A DNA stretch of 19,057 bases, taken from contig JBHLMG010000029.1 in the NCBI GenBank assembly GCA_048938385.1, forward strand, positions 1 through 19,057, written 5' to 3'. The position numbers and the translations under genes were made by a program. The notes below the pieces were generated by a model. That model saw only the letters and a list, made by a program, of their open reading frames with translations, was not told where the DNA came from and made no database searches. This document shows positions 8,038 through 16,692 of the stretch, in pieces; the stretch's first letter is position 1, and each line of letters opens with the position of its first letter. Source of the stretch: Promethearchaeota archaeon (GTDB taxonomy: Archaea; Asgardarchaeota; Hermodarchaeia; Hermodarchaeales; Hermodarchaeaceae).

Positions 8038-9476
8038 GAAATCGGTGGTGGAGGAATCGGCAGGAAGAACAGCCGTAGCAATAAATAGCCCATCCCTACC
8101 GTGAGATATAGGAAGAACATGATTACTCCTGTACGCAGGAATTTCCCATAGGAGATATGACGATTTTCCCTTTCAGCTACCGTCATGGTCATGACATTCG
8201 CTACGCTAGCAATTGGGGTCAGGCTCCCTCCTAAAACTGCTCCAATAACAAGAGAAGCCCAAATAGATCCTGCTGCTATCGGAGCTGAAGTCGCTAAATC
8301 GCTTGTTACAGGAATCAGGGTAGCTGTAACAGGGATATTATCTATTGCTCCGCTCGTAAAGCCTGTTATCCACAACATCGAAATCATAGAAAGAACTGGA
8401 TTATTTCCGGTGATTTCAGAAACAGTATCACCAATATAGGTGAGTACCCAGAATTCCTCCATTGCTCCGACTATAATGAATAAGCCAATGAAGAAGAAGA
8501 GCGCGGTCCAATCTACTTCACGAAAGATGCGTTTCGTTTCTATTCCACTGAGTAGAACAAAGAGCATGGCAAAGATAAACGCAACAACCCATGTAAAGCC
8601 AGAGGCCCCAAAAATAACAAAACACACTATCATTGCTACGAACAAAATAGCAGTGCGATAGAAGACATTCCGATTTTCAACCATATTCCATGCATCAAGT
8701 GCCATGAGATCGTTGACGCGTGTAAGTCGAGGAGTAGTGAAGTCTCGTCGGAAGATGCGTATTGCAACGAATATAGTGAGCCCTAAAAACATTAATCCTA
8801 AAGGCATTAGGTTCATTGCGAACCAAGCAAAATCATAAAGCGTTGCTCCTGCAACGAGCATGCAAGGAACACTAGCTATTACTGTAGTAATTCCTCCCAC
8901 ATTGCCACACATGGCGTTTGCGATCAAATATGGCGTGGGATTCTGCTCTAGAGCATCACAGGCTAAGATAGTCAATGGACCTATTATCAATACTGTGGTA
9001 GCCAGAACCGAAGACATCAAGAAAGTAAGAGCACAAAAAATCATGAGGAGGCGACGAGGTTTTCCTTTACTTAGCCGAAGTGCACGGACTGCAATGAATT
9101 GAAACAAACCTGAGTCCTTTGCGATTTCGGTGATAACCATTAAAGAAAGGATGACAATGATTGTGGGATATTCGATCCATTCACCGATAAAATGAGCGAA
9201 CACTTCTGCATCGAAAACAATAGGAAATTCATTGTAGAGACTGAGCATATGGGTAAGATAATCGATTTCTACCTGGCTTGTCGCTTCAACTAACAATCGA
9301 GTATATGTTTCAATCTGATGTAACCGCCATATTGGCCAGATCTGGGCGAGGTATACTACAACAACAGCCGCCCCGATGAGGGCTGCGACGGTATGATCGA
9401 CCATATCAAAGGTAATCATGAGTATAACGGCGATGAAAAGTAAAATTATGAGAACAGCAGGAAAGGGGATAATCAT
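8034..9476 (-). CDS. ArsB/NhaD/P-protein (IT superfamily) ion transporter, paralog B
   Basis: KDSGLFQFIA, NVGGITT, EVDWTALFFFIGLFI, IDNIP, GAVLGGSLTPIASVAN; about 12 TM. Confidence 0.9.
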   Translation of the reverse strand: MIIPFPAVLIILLFIAVILMITFDMVDHTVAALIGAAVVVVYLAQIWPIWRLHQIETYTRLLVEATSQVEIDYLTHMLSLYNEFPIVFDAEVFAHFIGEWIEYPTIIVILSLMVITEIAKDSGLFQFIAVRALRLSKGKPRRLLMIFCALTFLMSSVLATTVLIIGPLTILACDALEQNPTPYLIANAMCGNVGGITTVIASVPCMLVAGATLYDFAWFAMNLMPLGLMFLGLTIFVAIRIFRRDFTTPRLTRVNDLMALDAWNMVENRNVFYRTAILFVAMIVCFVIFGASGFTWVVAFIFAMLFVLLSGIETKRIFREVDWTALFFFIGLFIIVGAMEEFWVLTYIGDTVSEITGNNPVLSMISMLWITGFTSGAIDNIPVTATLIPVTSDLATSAPIAAGSIWASLVIGAVLGGSLTPIASVANVMTMTVAERENRHISYGKFLRTGVIMFFLYLTVGMGYLLLRLFFLPIPPPPIS

Positions 9477-9595
9477 GTTCCATCGCCTGACTCATGGGAG
9501 AGCCTACCCGTTTTATTCAAGAGGGTTTGGGTTTTCAGCCTTCCATTAGTGGATACACCACAAAAGCTTTTCACTGTAATTTCGTGCTAACTTTC

Positions 9596-10984
9596 TCAGG
9601 GAAGAAGAGGAGGAGCTATTGGAAAAAGGAACGACCGGAATAGAAGGTAAAATGTGCTTATCGTTAGGTAAATAAAAGTAAGAACTGCGCCTGTGAGGAA
9701 AAATCGATTTCGTGGCAGCGGGCGTTCTTCTTTTTCAGCGATGGTAGTTGCTAAGACATTTGCTGCACTAGCGATTGGAGTCATACATCCTCCCAATACT
9801 GCACCAGCAAGCAGAGAGGCCCAAAGGTTTCCAACAGGTAATGCAGGAGGTCCAGTTCCTAGAATTCGAACCACAGGAATGAATGTTAATGTCACTGGAA
9901 TGTTATCTACGAATCCACTAGTTATGCCAGAAATCCAAACCATAAGAAAAGTAGCAAAAAATGGGTTACCCATTGTAAGTGCTAAAATTCCATGTCCAAT
10001 GGCTTCCAGTACAAAAAATTCTTCTAGCAATCCAACGAGGAAGAATAATCCAATGAAGAAGAAGAGTGCGGTCCAGTCGATTTCTTTGAATACCTGTCCT
10101 GGACGGATACCACTAAGAATTACAAAAATGAGCGCACCCCCGAGAGCGACAAGAAATGTCAGACCTGCAGAACCTAAAACGATAAACCCGATTATGATAC
10201 CAATTAAAAGAATAGCTGTTCGGTAAAAGACCATCCGATTAGGCACCATTTCCCAGGGATCGATCTCTAATAAATCGTCAATTCGAGCGCGTCTTGGTGT
10301 GATTAAGTCCTTTCGAAAAATCCGAGTTACCAATAACAGGGTGACGACGACTAGGATTAGTCCTAGGGGCATCATGTTGATGATGTACCATTGGAAACTA
10401 TACAGCGTGGCACCTGCGATTAACATGGCAGGAACACTGGCAATTAATGAGGTTATACCACCCACATTAGATACCATTGCAATGGAGATCAGAAAAGGAG
10501 CGGGATTAATTTCTAGGGCATCACAGCTGAGGAAGGCTAAAGCCCCCATGATCAACATAGTTGTGATCTGAGTAAGGACGGTTGTCATGGCGAAGCTAAG
10601 TCCGCAAAAAATAAGTAGCAACTTCTTGGTATCTCCCCGACTGAGTTTAATTGCTCTAATCGCGATGAATTGAAAAACTCCAGCATCCTTAGCAATTTCA
10701 GTAATTACCATCATGGATAAGATGATGATAAGCGTTGGTAGGTCAACCCATTTTCCAAAAAGGTGAACGAACACATTGGCATCAAAAATCCCAGGCAATG
10801 TATTGTAAATATGCTCAGGGTCAACAGCAATGATGGTAGCTCGCCATTCAGGCCAAATCAGAGCCATATAAAAAATTGCTACAATTCCACCAATTAAAGC
10901 GGCTACTGTGTGATCAATGACATCCAGCATGATCAGGAGAATTATTGCCACGAAGAGGATGATAGCAAAAATTGCTGGAAACAT
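9596..10984 (-). CDS. ArsB/NhaD/P-protein (IT superfamily) ion transporter, paralog A
   Basis: KDAGVFQFIA, SNVGGITS, EIDWTALFFFIGLFF, VDNIP, GAVLGGCMTPIASAAN. GAGAGG RBS, 19 nt downstream of the hydrolase. Confidence 0.9.
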   Translation of the reverse strand: MFPAIFAIILFVAIILLIMLDVIDHTVAALIGGIVAIFYMALIWPEWRATIIAVDPEHIYNTLPGIFDANVFVHLFGKWVDLPTLIIILSMMVITEIAKDAGVFQFIAIRAIKLSRGDTKKLLLIFCGLSFAMTTVLTQITTMLIMGALAFLSCDALEINPAPFLISIAMVSNVGGITSLIASVPAMLIAGATLYSFQWYIINMMPLGLILVVVTLLLVTRIFRKDLITPRRARIDDLLEIDPWEMVPNRMVFYRTAILLIGIIIGFIVLGSAGLTFLVALGGALIFVILSGIRPGQVFKEIDWTALFFFIGLFFLVGLLEEFFVLEAIGHGILALTMGNPFFATFLMVWISGITSGFVDNIPVTLTFIPVVRILGTGPPALPVGNLWASLLAGAVLGGCMTPIASAANVLATTIAEKEERPLPRNRFFLTGAVLTFIYLTISTFYLLFRSFLFPIAPPLLP

Positions 10985-11003
10985 TGGTAGACCTCTCTTT
11001 TCT

Positions 11004-11804
11004 TTAAGGGTTCACATAATCAATGATAGTCTGGGCAAGGGCTTCAGGTTGTTCGAAAACGATAACATGGTTGCTTCCATCAATGATTTGTACGGTTACA
11101 TTCTCGAGGTGTTCTTGGTAGAAATCTCCCCATTTCACCGGGAAAGTATCATCCTGTGCAGCAATTATGACGAGAGTGGGCTGTTTGATTTCGTGAACTC
11201 GTTCTTGCAAATTGAAGCTAGCACAAGCTCCTTGCGCATATGCATGGCTGAGAGCCAGGCGGCGAGCTTCATGTTGACCAAATAGGAGGAGATCAAGCAT
11301 GCCTGGCGTGTTACGAATTTTCTCCGGATCATAAAACGCGAAGCCGAGAAGGGTTTCTACGGCTTTTTCTGGATCTGATTCATAAGCAAGCTGACCAGCT
11401 TCAATTTGGGCTTTGGCAGCCTCCACATCGACTAGTGGTGCAGTGTCAATGAGGATGAGGGTCTTCACTCTCTGCGGTTGATCCAACGCCATGTGTTGAG
11501 CAATGAATCCGCCCATGCTGTGACCAGCAACGATGCATTCTGTAATTTTCAATTCGTCCAAGAGCGCTGCCATATCTTGAGCAAAGAGATCCATTTTAAC
11601 GACTTCGCTGATGGGAGTAGACCGACCGTGACCCCGTGACTCAGGAAGAATTAGTTGGAAGTGCTGACGAAGATGAGGGCGTAAATATTGCCAGTTCCGG
11701 ATAGTCCCCCGAACGCCATGAATGAGGAGAAGAGGTTCGCCCTCCCCGTCGATTTCATAGAACATTTGCCCATTGGCGATTTCAACTTCAGGCAATAAAT
11801 TCAC
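11004..11804 (-). CDS. Alpha/beta-fold hydrolase (enol-lactonase/esterase-like)
   Basis: PLLLIHG, RGHGRS, nucleophile GHSMGG, acid AAQDD, histidine GSNH. True start may be TTG 11795 (GGTGA RBS). Confidence 0.92.
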   Translation of the reverse strand: MNLLPEVEIANGQMFYEIDGEGEPLLLIHGVRGTIRNWQYLRPHLRQHFQLILPESRGHGRSTPISEVVKMDLFAQDMAALLDELKITECIVAGHSMGGFIAQHMALDQPQRVKTLILIDTAPLVDVEAAKAQIEAGQLAYESDPEKAVETLLGFAFYDPEKIRNTPGMLDLLLFGQHEARRLALSHAYAQGACASFNLQERVHEIKQPTLVIIAAQDDTFPVKWGDFYQEHLENVTVQIIDGSNHVIVFEQPEALAQTIIDYVNP

Positions 11805-11966
11805 CGTAGCTATTTAGTAGAAGACCCTAACAGCGTCCTAGTATTTAACCTCTCAATTACCAGTGAAGGCTGACGATTAGAGAAGAGCAAGCATATAAGG
11901 ACAGATTATGAGGAGTTAAAATTAGAGGAGCATAGATTCGTCAAAACTCTTAGGCAGTGGAAAACC

Positions 11967-12476
11967 GTGCAGGTTACTTGGTCAATGGCAATCGTTTTCA
12001 TTTCGATCATCATCCTCTTGGCGTGCATCGTGTGCGTAGCTATCCAAAATACACAGCCACCCCCACCACAGCAGTATGTGCGTACAAGCCCCCAGGATCC
12101 TTGGGTACCAATTCAGGAACCTCACCTTGAAGAGCGAAAGTGGGAATCTGCTCAATATCAAGTAACAATACATGTGTGTTCGTGTGGAAAGTGGAACAAT
12201 CCTCAACAGTCAAAATGCTGGCATTGCAGCACATCCCTGGCGGAAGCCACTCTTCAATCATTTACTTTTGACATCGCTCAAAAATGTGCAGTATGTAGGT
12301 TTGATGTGTTTCCTGGGGACCGAATAGTGTTATGCCCTGCCTGCCAATCTCAAGGTCACCGCACACACATGCTCGAGTACTTAAAAGCGAAAGGCTACTG
12401 CCCCACCTGTAATACACAGTTTAATTCACAGCAAATCCTTGAAACATTTCCAGGACCGCCAAAAACTCAAACCTGA
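11967..12476 (+). CDS. Membrane-anchored Zn-ribbon plus RING-like (C4H2C2) protein, putative E3 ligase
   Basis: N-terminal TM (AIVFISIIILLACIVCVAI), Pro/Gln linker, CSC-x10-CWHC ribbon, then C-x2-C-x12-C-x2-C-x4-H-x2-H-x10-C-x2-C. Start may be ATG 11985. Confidence 0.8.
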   Translation: MQVTWSMAIVFISIIILLACIVCVAIQNTQPPPPQQYVRTSPQDPWVPIQEPHLEERKWESAQYQVTIHVCSCGKWNNPQQSKCWHCSTSLAEATLQSFTFDIAQKCAVCRFDVFPGDRIVLCPACQSQGHRTHMLEYLKAKGYCPTCNTQFNSQQILETFPGPPKTQT

Positions 12477-12510
12477 AGCCGCCTTTAGCTGAAACTGCTC
12501 TTTTAGGGTT

Positions 12511-13695
12511 TTATAAAAAGACTATCATAGGCAGTGTTGTCAATGACCGAGCGCCTTTATTGGTGACAACGAGATCGTTCTCTATCCGTACACCACCTAA
12601 TCGTTTATAGTAGAGACCAGGTTCCACCGCGATGACACTATTTGAACGGAGAGGGATTGGTTGAAGGGAAAGTTGAGGGAATTCATGGACATCTAACCCG
12701 ATGCCATGGCCCAATGCATGAATCATCCCTTCTGAGATTTCGGGTGTACGATTAGCTGAAGCGTGGCCATTGCGTTCAAACGCGTCAGCCATCGCATCAA
12801 CAAGTGTTTCAGTGGTAGTCCCAACTGTAACGGTATCAATGACGGTGTTAAGCGTGGATTCAACGGATTCGAAGAGCATTTTTAATTTCTTTGGTACACT
12901 GCCACGGACAATTGTACGGGTGATATCTGCGTGGTAGCGCTCCTCGAGTCGTCGAGGAAAGATGTCGATGATAATTGGTTCATGAGCGTGAAGAACATCA
13001 TGGCGTTGTCCAAGATAGTGGTAGTCCGCACTGAGAACACCACCTGCCACGATTGACTCTTCACTATTTTCAGCCGCATTGTCGACTAATGAGTGTTCAA
13101 TGACTCTTTTTAAGTACCCAACGGTTAACGGGTGATTTTTGTAGATTAATTGGTGTTTTGACCCAATCTCACTATTTTGAATAACATCAAAGATTTGTCG
13201 GAAAGTCGTTTCAACTGCTTCACTTGCCCGTTGGATCGCTTTAAGCTCGGCTGCATCTTTGGTTTCACGAGCATCAAAAAACAATGTTTGAACAGGTTGT
13301 GTTTGCACCCCCAATTTGTTGAGGAAATGGACACGAAGAGCATCAGTGTGGCGTGGAATGCCTACTACCCCTGACTCGGGAAGGAGCTGTTTTCTAATAT
13401 CAGAAATGACCCGAAATTCTAACTCCTCCCTTGGTACACGATCGCTCACCGCCCTATTCCAGGTCGCACTAACACTGTGAAATTGTCTAATGGGTGAATA
13501 CTTACGAGCACGCTCACAAATCATATCCAAAGCCGCAATCACACCAGGTTGATCACGAATCTTTACAAAATAGAAATCATCTACGGTGAGAAATCGCGTC
13601 ATGTAATAGAGATCAGGTTTTAGTAGGCTTTTACCTTCCAGAAATAGAACATCTACACCATAGTCAGCCATCAACGCATCGATGTCATCTAACAC
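12511..13695 (-). CDS. M24B family Xaa-Pro peptidase (prolidase/aminopeptidase P-like)
   Basis: ARETKDAAEL, IIIDIFP, HADITRT, HALGHGIGLDVHE, EPGLY, GGVRIEND metal-ligand motifs. Confidence 0.94.
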   Translation of the reverse strand: MLDDIDALMADYGVDVLFLEGKSLLKPDLYYMTRFLTVDDFYFVKIRDQPGVIAALDMICERARKYSPIRQFHSVSATWNRAVSDRVPREELEFRVISDIRKQLLPESGVVGIPRHTDALRVHFLNKLGVQTQPVQTLFFDARETKDAAELKAIQRASEAVETTFRQIFDVIQNSEIGSKHQLIYKNHPLTVGYLKRVIEHSLVDNAAENSEESIVAGGVLSADYHYLGQRHDVLHAHEPIIIDIFPRRLEERYHADITRTIVRGSVPKKLKMLFESVESTLNTVIDTVTVGTTTETLVDAMADAFERNGHASANRTPEISEGMIHALGHGIGLDVHEFPQLSLQPIPLRSNSVIAVEPGLYYKRLGGVRIENDLVVTNKGARSLTTLPMIVFL

Positions 13696-13849
13696 TCATC
13701 ACTACCCCCAATTTTCTTTAAAAGGAACTCAGCCTCGCAATTCAAGAGAATGTTTCCTGCAATGGTTCTCACCTTAAATCTTCTCCTAGTTTGACATGAA
13801 TTTATAGGGGTGTTTTTAGTAGTGAACGAAAAGTAAGATTAGCAAAAAA

Positions 13850-13869
13850 CCTAAGTACCCCAACTTAGG
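13850..13869. promoter_or_regulatory. Perfect 7-bp inverted repeat in divergent peptidase/MFS intergenic region
   Basis: CCTAAGT-ACCCCA-ACTTAGG, directly after an A6 run; overlaps a possible BRE/TATA-like AAAAACCTAAGTA. Confidence 0.5.
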
Positions 13870-13946
13870 GCTGAAGTAATTCACTCCTTGCGACCGCACT
13901 TCTCTACCCTTTTGTGTACCAACTCATTAGGACAGAAGGACTAACC

Positions 13947-15374
13947 ATGAAAGACGAACCACAAGGTACAGACCCACTCCAGCCCGCTTTTGAACAACCT
14001 CAGGAGAGTTTGGACACAGAAGTAATACCTGAACTCGAGAAAGGCTTCTTCGGTAGAGTCAAAACAGTGCTAAACTACGGAAGCTACTCGGTATACCTCC
14101 TCACATCATGGATTCTCGGAATCTTTGGAGTAATCATCCAATCATTTTTGATGCTATACCTCCGAGATTGGTTCATCTTCTACATCGGTCCATCTCCATT
14201 AGTATATATCTGGATCAGCCTCATTGTCGTCGTTTTCCTAGCCATGGAACTAATTGGGCGCTTCTTTGGCGGCTATGTCGGAGATAACTACAATCGCAAA
14301 TGGCTCTCGGTACTCACCATGTTCGTATCAGGTATTGCCATGCTGATATTAGCAGTAAGCACGAACATTTGGATGCTTATCGCAGGAACCATGGTAATCG
14401 CTGGCTCAGCAGTCTTCGCTAGCGGCAGTACGAGTTACATTTACGAGCAGATTCAACCAGAGCATAGTGGGCTTGGGATGGGTATTTTCCAAACTGGTAG
14501 CGGTTTTGGACTTATTGGTATTGGTTTGGTAATTTGGTTGTTATCCATTGGCTATCCCTTTGTGATCACAATCCAGATCACATTCATCGTTGGAGCAATC
14601 TGCTATATTCTTGCAGCCGTGATCCGTGCATTTTGGTTAAAACCTCCTCGTCCCATCAACCGAGTGAACCGAGATTCGCGAAGATCTCGGGAATTTATTA
14701 AACAAAACTTTAACGCGTTGAAATTATTGTATGTAATTCTCCCGGTATTCATGGCTGTACTCATCCTTGATGCGCTCAGTGATGGCTTCTATCGCTTTGT
14801 CGTCACTTACTATCTCAACGAAGCCCTAGCTTTTTCTCTGACAGACATTGCGTTGATGATGGCCGTAGTCCTCGCCTTCTCACTCCCACTCTCCATCACT
14901 GTTGGTGGTTTCTTTGACCGTCGAGGCAGCCGAAAAGCTATCCTGATCGTTTACAGTGTTATGCCTATTACCATGACCATACTAATCATCGCCCCTCTCT
15001 TTCCCTATTACTTACCTATCGCCACGGTAGAATCTATCTCCTCAGCATTACCAATGATTGCACCGTTGCTAAGCACACCATTCATTGCTCTCGCCATGAA
15101 GAACATAAATGACATTCTTTGGTGGACCCTGATTCTTACTTATCTTCGGAAAGCTATCCCACGTTCGGAAACAGCAAAAATGCTAAGCATCTTTTTCATC
15201 GTGACGAGTCTTTCATTTGTCACAACACAAGTGCCTGCAGGCTTTATCTATACCTTTTGGGGTGCGATTCCCGTACTCATCATGGCATTAGCCATCAACT
15301 TTGTAATCCTTTGTGTTCTAATCTTCGGAAATATCGAACCGAAACCCATTCCCAACGAATACCTTAACCTGTAA
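13947..15374 (+). CDS. MFS transporter
   Basis: Motif A in both halves (GGYVGDNYNRK; GGFFDRRGSRK) and about 12 TM. Start at ATG 13947 after AAGGA, rather than GTG 13914. Confidence 0.88.
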   Translation: MKDEPQGTDPLQPAFEQPQESLDTEVIPELEKGFFGRVKTVLNYGSYSVYLLTSWILGIFGVIIQSFLMLYLRDWFIFYIGPSPLVYIWISLIVVVFLAMELIGRFFGGYVGDNYNRKWLSVLTMFVSGIAMLILAVSTNIWMLIAGTMVIAGSAVFASGSTSYIYEQIQPEHSGLGMGIFQTGSGFGLIGIGLVIWLLSIGYPFVITIQITFIVGAICYILAAVIRAFWLKPPRPINRVNRDSRRSREFIKQNFNALKLLYVILPVFMAVLILDALSDGFYRFVVTYYLNEALAFSLTDIALMMAVVLAFSLPLSITVGGFFDRRGSRKAILIVYSVMPITMTILIIAPLFPYYLPIATVESISSALPMIAPLLSTPFIALAMKNINDILWWTLILTYLRKAIPRSETAKMLSIFFIVTSLSFVTTQVPAGFIYTFWGAIPVLIMALAINFVILCVLIFGNIEPKPIPNEYLNL

Positions 15375-15380
15375 ACCAGA

Positions 15381-16631
15381 TTAATCATCGGATTTGGGTT
15401 CATGAACGAAGGGTAAGAATAAAGCGGCTAAAATAGTTAGAACGAGACCCAATCCAAAGGTGAAGCTCGGGCCAAAGGCAACCCACAGAAAACCAGCGAT
15501 TAGATTTGCTGGGAGAGTTGCGAACCCAATGAGCATTTGGTAGAGTCCTAGCATGCTAGCGCGCACCTCCAAGGGTGACAACTCGGAGACCAACGAGCTT
15601 TGAAGGGGTATTGTGGCTCCAAGTGATGCTCCGTAGAAGATAAGGGCAAAAAGTACCGTCCAAAAGTTGGGTGCAAATAGAAACAGAAAGCACATCGTCC
15701 CAAAGAGGATAAAGCCTATCAAAATGGTTATTCGCCTACCAACACGATCACCTAATCGTCCTAGAGGAGCGGAGGTGAGAGCGGCAGTCAGGGTGAACAC
15801 TAGGTAGGCCACTGGTACTCCTAGTACAGGATTAATGGCTGGAAAAACCAGAAAGGTTCCAGCAAACAAGGTCACTAAAGAGAAGCTGAAGGAAGCGAGG
15901 GCAAAGATAACGTTTAGCATCATGAAAAGTGCTAGACTGCGATTTATCCCAGAAATTTGAAAAACAGGTTTCTTAGTGTCTTTGCGATAATCGGTAATTC
16001 GGACAATTACGAGAATTGCCCCAATGATGGTGGGGATGGCGGCTGTAACAAAAAGTAATCTCAGACTGCTGAGAAGATCGAGGCCGTATACTACTGTTAG
16101 CCAGGGGACCAGGAATGTGACAAAGGAGATGGTGATGAGGACACCAATGGTGGCTCCAGTATTATCTAGAGTACGAAGAATCCCGAAGTTGCGTCCACGC
16201 GTTGCGTGTGAAGACACATCGGCAATAAGCGCATCACGTGGAGCCCCACGTACTTTTCCAGCACGGTCTAAAATTTTCGCAGGAATCAACCATTGCCAGA
16301 ATGGTGTAAGTCCATAGATTATTCGAGAGGTAGCACCCATTGAATACCCTGTCCAAATGAACGGTTTCCGTTTTTGAACCCGATCCGAGAGAAATCCTGA
16401 AAATCCTTTAGAGATATTGACCACTGTTTCTCCGACTCCATCGACTATTCCAAGGATTAGAGGAGCTAACCCGACAGGAACCAGTAAGCTGACGAAAACT
16501 GGCCAGATAGAGAAGACAATATCACTACCCATATCATTGAGGAAGGAAGCAGTGCCGAAGGTTTGAATAACGCAGCGTTCGGTGGGTGGTTCACAGCCTT
16601 TATCGGTATTTGTTGATGTTTCTTGATCCAT
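15381..16631 (-). CDS. MFS transporter (MJ1317-like subfamily)
   Basis: SFLNDMGSD, GFLSDRVQKRK, DRAGKVRGAPRDALIAD, GRLGDRVGRR. Confidence 0.92.
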   Translation of the reverse strand: MDQETSTNTDKGCEPPTERCVIQTFGTASFLNDMGSDIVFSIWPVFVSLLVPVGLAPLILGIVDGVGETVVNISKGFSGFLSDRVQKRKPFIWTGYSMGATSRIIYGLTPFWQWLIPAKILDRAGKVRGAPRDALIADVSSHATRGRNFGILRTLDNTGATIGVLITISFVTFLVPWLTVVYGLDLLSSLRLLFVTAAIPTIIGAILVIVRITDYRKDTKKPVFQISGINRSLALFMMLNVIFALASFSFSLVTLFAGTFLVFPAINPVLGVPVAYLVFTLTAALTSAPLGRLGDRVGRRITILIGFILFGTMCFLFLFAPNFWTVLFALIFYGASLGATIPLQSSLVSELSPLEVRASMLGLYQMLIGFATLPANLIAGFLWVAFGPSFTFGLGLVLTILAALFLPFVHEPKSDD

Positions 16632-16692
16632 TTAAACCGACCTGGAAGAAGGATATAGATTATATCAAGAGCTTTTATCCCTTATAGCTAAT

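Noticed and set aside
8034-10984. Arsenic resistance (arsB) locus
   Set aside because: Similarity is at superfamily level only, with no arsR/arsC/arsA nearby.
16652-16666. GATATA-GAT-TATATC inverted repeat upstream of the MFS
   Set aside because: Only 6 bp per arm and AT-rich, so plausible by chance in promoter sequence.
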